Both the position numbers and the translations under genes were made by a program. A stretch of DNA of 63,100 nucleotides, filler included, from Octopus bimaculoides (lineage: Eukaryota), in assembly GCF_001194135.2 (NCBI RefSeq). It is 3 parts of 3 records of this genome, joined end to end, with 100 filler letters (N's around TTAATTAATTAA, not from the genome) between each part and the next. Parts side by side here need not be neighbours in the genome. Positions count along the whole stretch, not along the records: positions 26,201 to 43,000 come from NC_068990.1; positions 43,101 to 63,100 come from NC_069003.1; 1 more part is not named here. One strand, given 5' to 3'. The notes beneath the pieces were generated by a model, which did no database searches, was not told the origin of the DNA, and saw only the letters and a list, made by a program, of their open reading frames with translations. Of the stretch, positions 33,265 through 44,529 are shown piece after piece. The stretch's first letter is position 1, and every line of letters begins with the position of its first letter.

Positions 33265-34480
33265 TGCCCTTACTGTAAGCCTAATGAAAAGCTATCTTTT
33301 ATTAGCAAAGTATCTAATCAGTTACTCTTAGGAACCTATTCAGTAATGTAACTAGGTGAATATCTTCAATTTCTTCGGATGACACAGCATTTCAAAATGC
33401 TGCACCATATTACAACAATGCATTATGGAAAAGTGGATTCTCTGAGAAGATCCAGTATAACCAAGTTAATGCTTGCAATAATACCACACGTAGAACTAAA
33501 ACTAGGAGGGCTTTGTGGGTCGACCCAGCATTTAATATGGCCGTAAAAACTAATATAGGTAGGGAATTCTTAAAATTAGTTTCTAAGCATTTTCAACCTA
33601 GCCAAAAGTTTTACAGAATACTGAATAGAAGAACGCTGAAGATTAGCTATTCTTGTAAAAACTTTACCTCTTTCATTAGCCAACACAACACTAAAATAAT
33701 TACAGATAACAACAGTGCCGATTCAAATCCGAAGAATTGTAATTTCAAAGATGAGACCTCCTGTCCGTTGGAAGGAAAATGTCTGGAGAAAGGGATTGTG
33801 TATAGGGCCAAAGTACAAATAGAAGGCTCACAAGAATGTAAAACATACGCAGGGGCTTCAAAAAATTCTTTCAAGACCCGATTTTATTCCCACAGAAATT
33901 CATTCCGGTACCCCGAAAATAGGACAAAGACTAGTCCGGCAAAACATATCTGCGAATTGAAAGGAAATGAAACTCGTCCTTTCGGTGTAACATGGAAAAT
34001 CTTAGATAATGCATCAGCTTACAGACATGGATCTCATAAAAGACCCATGAAATGTAATTTATGCCTTTCGGAAAAATTCTTTATCTTATTCCAGGATAAT
34101 AGCGCTTTCAATCAAAGACGCGAAATCATATTTTCTTGCAGGCACGCAACGAAATTTAAAATGTCAACCGACAAAATACCATATGGATAATATATGTTGA
34201 CTTTTGAATTAGTTTCAAATGCTACTTTTGAATTTGTATTTGTAATGTATGGTCATTTCGCATCGCAACGATATCGAATATGTATTTCGACGTATTCTAT
34301 AAGAAAACCTTCGACTGTTTTACATATCATTTTCAAGCTTAATCTTTGCCGAGGTTCTTTTTATTATTTCATTTTATTTTATTGCATTTTACAAACCTAT
34401 TTATTTGTTTAGATATAATTTATAGATAATTCTATATGTGGTGCTGCATTTTGTAAATGCTTTTTTTAAAATCCGAATTT
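33265..34480 (+). mobile_element. Penelope-like element 3' part: RT thumb, Cys-rich linker, GIY-YIG endonuclease
   Basis: PYCKPN...SN..., AAPYYNNAL..SG (in frame from 33372), WVDPAFN..VKTNIG..FL, CN(F)...CPLEGKC, GIVY...YAG...FKTRFYSH, CNLCLSEK, CRH. ORF to 34190, then AT-rich 3' region. Confidence 0.85.
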
Positions 34481-35429
34481 TAATATTTTAGTACATTGAG
34501 TAACTTTTTAATGATCTAAATATGTTTTTATGTGTATGTGTGTATTGTAGGTACTCATATGTATATGCGTGTGTCTGTATATGTGTGTAAGTATACGTGT
34601 ATGTTTATATTTATGTACATACGTACATGGATGTATATGTATACGTGTATATACGTATTTGAGTACATATTTTCGTATATTTATATACGTAATCATATAT
34701 GTGGATTCGTATGCAAATATATACTTATGTATGTGTGTGTGTGTGTGTAATTTTATTTTATGTATGCGGCCGTTACGTACGTTTCACCAACTATCTTTCT
34801 TTTCTTTTCTTACTCGAAGTACCTTTTCTTTTCCAACTCTATACGAGCTGGCGTCTTTGTGTAACACCCTCCTTTTCTCTCTCTTCTCTCGCTAGTTTTC
34901 CCTTTCTGTTGCTTTCTCTTTTTCTTTTTCTTCGTTCCTCCCATACTTCCCATTCCATTCGTCTGTAATTGCTAACCTGTATATGTATATACCAAGAGAT
35001 TTTGTGCGTGTGCATGTGTGCGTACATATATGTATATGTGTATTTATGTATATATTTATGTATCATCTATATATGTATATACGTATGTACATGCATTTGT
35101 ATATTTTAGTGTATATATGTGTATTATAGATGGTCTAGTATCTGTATATACTGCTGACAAAATATCTATGTAATACAACGTGAAGATTTTTAATTTTAAT
35201 TTTAATGTATTAATTGATTCATATTTGGTATATAATTATTTACCATATGTATTTAGAATCTGTCCTTCGATTTTACAATAAGAGGAATTTATACCGAATT
35301 TATTTTGTACATTGCATGATTAAGACCGTTAGTTGAAAGGACCAATGAAACAAAGCCGTTTTCATAGGTGTATCCTTTAAACTAGTTTTATGTTTCATTA
35401 TATCATCATTTCTGTTCCATTCTAACAAA

Positions 35430-35571
35430 ACAGTCCAACGAACAGGAACGTGAAACTCTGAGTAACAGTTTCTGTGATATTTCTGCTGCTTTTTAATAAA
35501 GCGTATTACTCTACCTATGGTATTTGAGTACTCTTTTTTCTACCTTGTTCCACATTTATGTGCTTACTCTG

Positions 35572-35575
<4 letters not shown>
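35430..35575 (+). ncRNA. Degenerate minimal hammerhead motif in a Penelope pLTR-like remnant
   Basis: cagt-CCAACGA-acag gaa cgt-GAAAC-TCT-GAGTA-acag. The 3' half is intact and the CUGACGA core has two substitutions. Confidence 0.4.
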
Positions 35576-35612
<37 letters not shown>

Positions 35613-36232
35613 CTCCGGAATATATATATATATAATAATACATTTCTAAATCTCTCAGAGAGATTTATGCAGTAGTGATGCGATAAAGTACTTGTATGCT
35701 GTCAACTTTATGTGACAGTCTCNNNNNNNNNNNNNNNNNNNNNNNNNNNNNNNNNNNNNNNNNNNNNNNNNNNNNNNNNNNNNNNNNNNNNNNNNNNNNN
35801 NNNNNNNNNNNNNNNNNNNNNNNNNNNNNNNNNNNNNNNNNNNNNNNNNNNNNNNNNNNNNNNNNNNNNNNNNNNNNNNNNNNNNNNNNNNNNNNNNNNN
35901 NNNNNNNNNNNNNNNNNNNNNNNNNNNNNNNNNNNNNNNNNNNNNNNNNNNNNNNNNNNNNNNNNNNNNNNNNNNNNNNNNNNNNNNNNNNNNNNNNNNN
36001 NNNNNNNNNNNNNNNNNNNNNNNNNNNNNNNNNNNNNNNNNNNNNNNNNNNNNNNNNNNNNNNNNNNNNNNNNNNNNNNNNNNNNNNNNNNNNNNNNNNN
36101 NNNNNNNNNNNNNNNNNNNNNNNNNNNNNNNNNNNNNNNNNNNNNNNNNNNNNNNNNNNNNNNNNNNNNNNNNNNNNNNNNNNNNNNNNNNNNNNNNNNN
36201 NNNNNNNNNNNNNNNNNNNNNNNNNNNNNNNN

Positions 36233-36382
36233 TGTTGTGTCTGGGGAGAGTCATTTTCTTATTGTGCCTTAAAATTTACGAAAATTTTAGGAAAATTAAA
36301 AATAAGAAATAAGTGGAAATTTTACCGGTGAGTGTGTTAAATTTAAGGCACAATAAGAAGATGACTCTCCCCAGACACAACA
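36233..36382. repeat. 41-bp inverted repeat enclosing ~68 bp
   Basis: tgttgtgtctggggagagtcattttcttattgtgccttaaa versus 36342-36382, one mismatch. Confidence 0.9.
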
Positions 36383-36735
36383 GAACATGCTTCAACACAC
36401 GAAATCACATAAAAAATCTTTCAAACCAAATCTAAAAACGAAATATATATATACATATATATATGTATATACAAACACACACACATACATACATACATAT
36501 GTGTGTATGTGTGCGTTTCTGCTTACATGCACATACACAAGAACGCACGCACGCACACGCGCGCGCGTGCATGCACCCACTAGAGATTGCAATTCACCTT
36601 TCTAAATTTAAATCATTTAATCCCTATGCTTAGGCATTTATCCTTGTCACGTGCTCTTTCGTATTCGGTGCCTTTGAATTTAATCAATAATATAATATTT
36701 CCCATTGGCCAGCTTCATGTCACTTCACTAACATT

Positions 36736-37111
36736 GTTGATGTTGGCACTCCGTCGCTTACGACGTCGAGGGTTCCAGTCGATCCGATCAACGGAACAGC
36801 CTGCTCGTGAAATTAACGTGCTAGTGGCTGAGCACTACACCGACACGTGTACCTTTAACGTAGTTCTCAGGGATATCCAGCGTGACACAGTGTGACCCTT
36901 TGAATTACAGGCACAACAGAAACAGGAAGTAAGAGTGAGAGAAAGTTTTGGTGATAGAGTACAGCAATGTTCGCCACCATCCCTGCCGGAGCCTCGTGGA
37001 GCTTTAGGTGTTTTCGCTCAATAAAGACTCGCAACACCCAGTCTGGGAATCGAAACCGCGATCCTATGACCGCGAGTCCGCTGCCCTAACCACTGGGCCA
37101 TTGCGCCTCCT
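36736..37111 (-). mobile_element. Full-length tRNA-derived SINE with 9-bp TSD
   Basis: Head ggaggcgcaatggcccagtggttagggcagcggactcgcggtcataggatcgcggtttcgattccc. TSD actaacatt at 36727-35 and 37112-20. Confidence 0.9.
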
Positions 37112-37407
37112 ACTAACATTCCAGTCATTTGTAAACAATATAAGATTGAATTATAATAAATGACTTCATAACCAACCCGGTAAACTTTCTGTTTATATGT
37201 GCCAGCATGTATGCCTTAACATTGACCCAAAGCCTGCAAAAATATCAACGAATTCTCCATCACACCACGGGCTGTTTTCTTCATATATGAACTGGCTACA
37301 TTCGAAAATACGTTGGAAAATGTAGTTCTGGACAGGAGAGGTTGAAGACAACAATTGAATATTTATATATTATATAATTAAGATTGATAAAGAAAAGAAT
37401 ACGTATG

Positions 37408-37460
<53 letters not shown>

Positions 37461-38149
37461 ACAAGGGAAATAACTTGCTTGACTCAATAGTGATTTCCAG
37501 TTGAATCAAAGGGAAACGACTCGTGTCGACACTATGAAACCAATATTTTTTTGCACCCATTTGAAATTAATTTGAAGAAGAAAGGGGAGGCTGAACACTG
37601 AAAACTAAGCAATGTCCCTTAAGTGATAAATTACACAGTTCAGTTAACATTTTAAAAGTTTTTCGGTTGAAAACACTTTGCATCTAGCAATTCATTTCCA
37701 ATAGCAAATCAATAGTTATGCTAATTCTCTTTTTATTTGGGGGTGTGCGAGTGCGTGTGTGTTTGTGTTCACCGACTCGCTTCTACTGCATAGAAAGAAA
37801 TATGGAAGCAGAAAGCATTAGTGCTGTAGTAGCTAGTGAGTAAGGGGGTGGGGTACAATATATATCATATAAACTGAATCTCGCAAATGTAGCAATTTCA
37901 TCTTCGTTGACTGAGTTTCAACAATGATTTTGTATCTATGGTTTTGATCAAGGTGTAATTATAAAAGGGAAGTGAACAAAACATTTTTCCTTTAAAATAT
38001 TTGATAACATGTAAAGCATCCATGAATATGTTATACACAACAATATTTATTGGTAACAAGATTTAGGAACTGTTACTTTATGGAAAATAACAGTTGATAT
38101 GACTTATTTAAAAAAATTATTGTATTATTTAAATATTTTTGCCACAAGG

Positions 38150-38555
38150 CTAGTAATTTTGATAGGATAGAGAGATCGATTACGTCGACCCCAGTCCTCA
38201 ATTGGTACTTATTTTATCGATTTTGAAAGGTTGAAAGGCAGAACTCAGTATATAAAACCGGAAGAAACGCCGCTAAGCAATTTGTCTGATGGGCTAACGA
38301 TACTGCCAGCTCAACGCATTTATTTCAAATAATAGTTTCAAATTTTGACACAAGGCCAGCAATTGAAAGAAGCGGGATACAAGTCAATAACATCTACCCA
38401 ATTAATCAATTGGTACTTATTTTACTGACCACGGATGGATGAAAGGCAAAATTGACCTTCGTGGAATTTGAATGCAGAACTTTAAGCCGGAAGAAATGCT
38501 GCAAAGCATGTTTGTCTGCCTTGCTAATGGTTCTGCCAGCTCGCTGCTTGTATTT
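38150..38555 (-). mobile_element. Two tandem degraded SINEs (24100 family)
   Basis: Both contain caattggtacttatttta...gaaaggca...ccggaagaaa...ctgccagctc. Confidence 0.7.
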
Positions 38556-38855
38556 ATTTAAATACATCGAGTATATATTTGCCAAGATATGTGGCATTGG
38601 TAAAAGATTTTGGATTACAACTATTCATTTAGCTAACTATGAATGCATTGTGAAACATATGAGAGATCTACCGTATTAAATTAAAAGCAACTGCTATTCG
38701 AAATATTCACGCTTAAAAGTGGACAATTTTATGGTTGCTTATAACAATTCAGTTAATACTTCTGTGTTTACGTGTGCGCGTTTGACAGTATGTGCACGTG
38801 TACTTTACACACACACGCACACACATATATATATATATACGTATACATACATACA

Positions 38856-38886
<31 letters not shown>

Positions 38887-38939
38887 ATGTATATATATAT
38901 GTATGTATGTACATATATGTATGTATATATATGTTTATG

Positions 38940-38975
<36 letters not shown>

Positions 38976-39094
38976 TATGCATGTATGTATATTAATGCTT
39001 GTTTTTGTGTTTAGTTATAAGAAAACCAATTTTAGATTTATCTGAAGGCTTACTTCATGTTTCAAAGAGTACAAGTTCAGCATTCATTAACAAG

Positions 39095-39175
39095 AGTGAT
39101 TTCGAAGTTTCGGACAGCTAAACCATCACTGACTTGTCCGATGATGGCTTAGCTGTTCGAAACTTCGAAGTCACT
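39095..39175. ncRNA. Head-to-head inverted pair of degenerate hammerhead motifs (34-bp IR)
   Basis: Arms 39095-39128 and 39142-39175 differ at 3 positions. The plus strand reads CCGATGA...GAAAC-TTCGAA-GTC-act. Confidence 0.5.
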
Positions 39176-39244
39176 TTCAATACTATTCTTGATAAGGAAT
39201 AATAAATTTACACCTCTGTGTGTGTGTGTGTCTTTTATTTCTTA

Positions 39245-39375
39245 TCTTCTATTTGTTTCAGTCATTAGACTGCGACCAAGCTACAGCACCGTTTTGAATA
39301 ACTTTTAGTCGAATGAATCGCCTCTATTACTTATTTTTTTAAAGCTGGTACTTATATTATCGGTCTCTAATATAG
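39245..39375 (-). mobile_element. SINE 3' tail fragment (16922 family)
   Basis: tttgtttcagtcattagactgcgacc...tagtcgaatgaatcg...ggtacttatattatcggtctc. Confidence 0.7.
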
Positions 39376-40790
39376 TCTGTTTTAGGACACTATGGCATAT
39401 TTAATCCTCGCTGAACAAGATTCTTCACTTTATGACAAATGAGTTCACTGGAGAAACACGAAATGAAGTGTTTTGCTTAAGAACGCAACGGTTCATCCAG
39501 TTTAGGTATCGAAACCTCATGATCATGAGTATAATCCCTTAGCCACGCGCCTCTACACACGAATACACACGCACGCACATGACATACATGCATGCATACA
39601 TACATACACACACACGCACATACATGCATGCATACATACATACATACACACACACATATACATACATACATACGCATATCCATACGCAAGGGAGGAGCCT
39701 GAAGAGATCCTAGCTTTAAGGGTGTCACGAAATGCCTGGTTGGACGCCTATCCTTCCGAGTTCTTTTGAGGGCTTAGAAAAACTGAAGGACCGCTACAAT
39801 AAGTGTGAAAATCAGAGATGATATTATGTTGTAAAATCATAATTAATTGACCCTTCTGTATTTTTTTTTCCCACAAATAGCAGCTTTCCAGAAACCACTC
39901 ATGTGTGTGCGTATGAGCATATGAATGTGTGTGTGTGCGTCTGTGCTTGTATTTATACATACGTATACATATTAATACACGAGTGCGTGCGTGCGTGCGT
40001 GCGTGCGTGCGTGNNNNNNNNNNNNNNNNNNNNNNNNNNNNNNNNNNNNNNNNNNNNNNNNNNNNNNNNNNNNNNNNNNNNNNNNNNNNNNNNNNNNNNN
40101 NNNNNNNNNNNNNNNNNNNNNNNNNNNNNNNNNNNNNNNNNNNNNNNNNNNNNNNNNNNNNNNNNNNNNNNNNNNNNNNNNNNNNNNNNNNNNNNNNNNN
40201 NNNNNNNNNNNNNNNNNNNNNNNNNNNNNNNNNNNNNNNNNNNNNNNNNNNNNNNNNNNNNNNNNNNNNNNNNNNNNNNNNNNNNNNNNNNNNNNNNNNN
40301 NNNNNNNNNNNNNNNNNNNNNNNNNNNNNNNNNNNNNNNNNNNNNNNNNNNNNNNNNNNNNNNNNNNNNNNNNNNNNNNNNNNNNNNNNNNNNNNNNNNN
40401 NNNNNNNNNNNNNNNNNNNNNNNNNNNNNNNNNNNNNNNNNNNNNNNNNNNNNNNNNNNNNNNNNNNNNNNNNNNNNNNNNNNNNNNNNNNNNNNNNNNN
40501 NNNNNNNNNNNNNNNNNNNNNNNNNNNNNNNNNNNNNNNNNNNNNNNNNNNNNNNNNNNNNNNNNNNNNNNNNNNNNNNNNNNNNNNNNNNNNNNNNNNN
40601 NNNNNNNNNNNNNNNNNNNNNNNNNNNNNNNNNNNNNNNNNNNNNNNNNNNNNNNNNNNNNNNNNNNNNNNNNNNNNNNNNNNNNNNNNNNNNNNNNNNN
40701 NNNNNNNNNNNNNNNNNNNNNNNNNNNNNNNNNNNNNNNNNNNNNNNNNNNNNNNNNNNNNNNNNNNNNNNNNNNNNNNNNNNNNNNNNA

Positions 40791-40990
40791 CATACCTATA
40801 TATATACTGATATATATATACATACCTATATATATACTGATATATATATACATACCTATATATATACTGATATATATATACATACCTATATATATACTGA
40901 TATATATATACATACCTATATATATATACTGATATATATATACATACCTATATATATACTGATATATATATATACATATATATATATATT
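40791..40990. repeat. 30-bp AT-rich minisatellite
   Basis: (catacctatatatatactgatatatatata) x ~6. Confidence 0.9.
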
Positions 40991-41411
40991 GATATATATA
41001 TACACGAGTATATTTTAAACAATGTTTAATGAAACATAACCGGTTTACACATAGCCACCTTATCAAATATTAGAACTTATCAAATATCTTATCAAATATC
41101 AGAGAGAATTTTTTGGAGTTCTTAATGGACTTCAGTTCTCAGTTCTTTAAGAACTCAAACTTGGGTACAAACTGTTATACTCCATAAAAAAGTTTTTTTT
41201 TTTTCTCTCTGACTCCCCAACAGATTCTTTCTCATAATTCTATTTGATATGATGGATACAGCGAGACGTGTTATATTTTATTAAACAATCTCTAAATTAT
41301 GTTTTTGTGCCTTTTCAAAACTTTATTTAACTATCATTTTTTATTTGTATGGACTCCTAAACACTTCATCTATCTATCTATTTATCTCTAACAAATAAAA
41401 GAATATATATA

Positions 41412-41640
41412 TACTTTTTTACTTGTTTCAGTCATTTGACTGTGGCCATGCCGGAGCACCGCCTTTAGTTCAACAAATCGACACCAGGATTTATTCCTTG
41501 TCAGCCTAGTACTTAGTCTATCTGGTTCATTTGTTGAACCGCTACGTTACGGGGACGTAAACCCACCATCATCGGTTGTCAATCGATCGTGGAGGGGCAA
41601 TCACAGACACACAAATACATACATACATATATATATATAT
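41412..41640 (-). mobile_element. SINE 3' half (16922 family)
   Basis: ttacttgtttcagtcatttgactgtggccatgccggagcaccgcc...acggggacgtaaac. Confidence 0.8.
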
Positions 41641-41917
41641 ANNNNNNNNNNNNNNNNNNNNNNNNNNNNNNNNNNNNNNNNNNNNNNNNNNNNNNNNNNN
41701 NNNNNNNNNNNNNNNNNNNNNNNNNNNNNNNNNNNNNNNNNNNNNNNNNNNNNNNNNNNNNNNNNNNNNNNNNNNNNNNNNNNNNNNNNNNNNNNNNNNN
41801 NNNNNNNNNNNNNNNNNNNNNNNNNNNNNNNNNNNNNNNNNNNNNNNNNNNNNNNNNNNNNNNNNNNNNNNNNNGTGTGTGTGTGTATACAGACATATAT
41901 ATATATATATATACATT

Positions 41918-42095
41918 TTTTCTGTTACTTGTTTGACTCAGTTGACCACGACCATGCTGGAGTACCGCCTTGAAGCGTTTTAATCGAAGAAATTAGCCCC
42001 AGGACTTCTTTGTAAGCCTAACTCTTACGGGGACGTAAACATACCAGCATCGGTTGTCAAGCGAAGGCGAGGGGGGCGAACACAAACACACACAC
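41918..42095 (-). mobile_element. SINE 3' half (16922 family)
   Basis: ttacttgtttgactc...ccatgctggagtaccgcc...acggggacgtaaacataccagcatcggttgtcaagc. Confidence 0.75.
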
Positions 42096-42145
42096 GCGCA
42101 CAAATATATATATATATACACACACATACATGTATATATATATAC

Positions 42146-42186
<41 letters not shown>

Positions 42187-42559
42187 CACACATATATATA
42201 CATGTGTACACCTACCCAAACCCATATGTATATACATGTACGGGGGAAGTATGTATGTATGTATGTATGTAGGTATGTATGTACATATGTATTATGAATG
42301 TTTTCATTTTTTAAGTAGCGGTACGCAGGCACATCAGTTTTTATTAACAGTATATATATCTGTGTGACTCTACTCTTGCTTTTTTTTTCTCTCTCGCCCT
42401 CTTGCTTCTATTTCTAGCCTGTCCACTTCCCCTTTATTTTTTCTCTCCCTCTCTCGGCTTCTTACTTGTGTTTGTAACCTTTTTCTTTCCTATCTACCCC
42501 TCCATTTTTTCCCCTTATTTTCTCTTTGTCGTGCTCTCTCTCCCTCACTTCTCTACCTA

Positions 42560-42960
42560 CTGCTGAAAGGTGACCCGTGTCCAGCGTCCCTTCATCTGCT
42601 TCCTTTAACACACCGGCAGCCAGCTGTTCAGTCGCAAAAAAATTTCTCCGTCTCAATATTTGCTGTTGTCTATATCCTTCAGGATTTCTTCTAATCATTA
42701 CCTACCACTCGCGTTTTTTTGGCCCTAAGACCCTATTTTGCTCGTTTCCTATTAAATTCGTCGTCTTTGATCATCGTCTTAGATTAATTATTTTTTTGTT
42801 TTGTTTGCTTGAGTTTCTATTCTCTGCGACTTTCGCAAGCGACGCCAACATTGGAGCCCACCAGTCTTCTCTTCTCATTATAGGTGCGAAACTCAGTGTA
42901 ACCATTTGGTTGAAAACTGATGAAGAATTAGGGATCCTCCGTTTCCCATCCGGCTGTATA
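42560..42960 (+). mobile_element. Possible highly decayed Penelope-like 3' end / pLTR
   Basis: Weak resemblance of ...LYPSGF to the PLE endonuclease C-terminal L.P.G.N motif, followed by hammerhead-like halves (GAAACTCAGTGTA, CTGATGA). Confidence 0.25.
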
Positions 42961-44104
42961 TGTATATGTTTTTTTAATCTGTCGTTGTTTCTTTACTGTG
43001 NNNNNNNNNNNNNNNNNNNNNNNNNNNNNNNNNNNNNNNNNNNNTTAATTAATTAANNNNNNNNNNNNNNNNNNNNNNNNNNNNNNNNNNNNNNNNNNNN
43101 ATATATATATATATATATATATATAAATAATACAGAATGGGACAAGAGCACAAAACATCCAGACAGTTAGGTGATACAAGAAAGGGACAAAACATCCAGA
43201 TAGACGATACAAAGAAAACATGGACAGGTCATTCGGAGTTTTCTCTCTTCAGTCGAGATCCAGATTATCTTTGCAATTTCGGCTGGTTATTCTCGATATT
43301 TCTCAGCTTCCCTCAGATGCACCGCGACAGCAAAATATGCGTGAAAATCACATATTAATCACATATTAATCATATATGCATCCATATCTCTACAAATCCT
43401 CTATACATATGCACATTACTATTTCTTCTTGGTCGCGAGAATAATACGAAACTTCAACACATGACCATAGGCGATGTTTTGTCAAAAAGTAAACGCTGTA
43501 AAGACGGACACATCTCTTAATGTCACTGCCCAAACGAATAACAAAGCCAATGAAAAAAAGTCCTGGACAGATGACCATGAATACAATGAAGTAGTTGGTT
43601 TATTACTTGCGCACACTACAATGCAACACTCTTCCAAAAACATACCAGAATAAACTCATGCAGTAAAATAAACCTATGTGCCATAGAAGTCTGATACCCA
43701 CCAGAAGAACACAACCTGCACAAACAAACAACACACAATACAAAGCCTAATACAACAAAAGACTGAAACCAAACCCCATAACAAAACATACTGATGCAAT
43801 ACGATATTCCCCAAAGGAAAATAAAAAGAAGACATACAGCACACCTCACCAGCACGAAAGTGCAGCAATTGATGCAATAGAAAGTTATTTGAAACTACAA
43901 GATGTCGAATAATAATAATGATTAAGGTGACGAACATTACCTCACCTCAGTTTATGAGAGACAAGGGCAGCATCAACAGATAATAGAGCAAGGAGGAGGA
44001 AATGAACCAGCGAAGAAAACAGGATAGTGATGCAATGTTACTTAGAAAGTGAACCTAAAAGAAGGATGTTAACACTTTGGATAGAGAAGGGAATCTTTTA
44101 TCTT

Positions 44105-44310
44105 TTATTTTTTAGTTGTTTCAGCCATTAGACTGCGGCCATGCCGGGGCACTGCCTTGAATTTTTAGTCGAATGAATCAACCCCCGTACTTATTTTGTA
44201 AGCCTGGTACTTACTCTGTCGGTGTCTTTTGCCGAACCACTTGATTACGGGGACGTAAACACACCAACACCGGTTGTCAAGCAGTAATGAGGGGACAAAC
44301 AAAGAACAAA

Positions 44311-44358
<48 letters not shown>

Positions 44359-44508
44359 CAACGGGCTTCTTTAAGTTTCCGTCTACTAAATCCACTCACT
44401 CGACCCGAGGCTATAGTAGAAGACACTTGTCCAAGGTGCCACGCAGTAGGACTGAACCCAGAACCATGTGGTTGGAAAGCAACCTTCTTATCACACATCC
44501 ACTCCTAT
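44105..44508 (-). mobile_element. Near full-length SINE (16922 family) with (CA)n
   Basis: Tail, microsatellite, CORE-like segment and tRNA head are all present in reverse orientation. Confidence 0.85.
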
Positions 44509-44529
44509 GTTTAAAGTGACTGAGCAGAG

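Noticed and set aside
36990-37111. tRNA gene
   Set aside because: The tRNA-like head continues into a SINE body with a TSD and lacks a proper acceptor stem, so it is a SINE rather than a tRNA.
43225-43325. Minus-strand CTGAGGGA-agctg...cagcc-GAAA and CTGAAGA-gag aaaa ctc motifs
   Set aside because: Helix III/UH site and helix I do not form canonically. The region may be a pLTR but is unsupported as a ribozyme.
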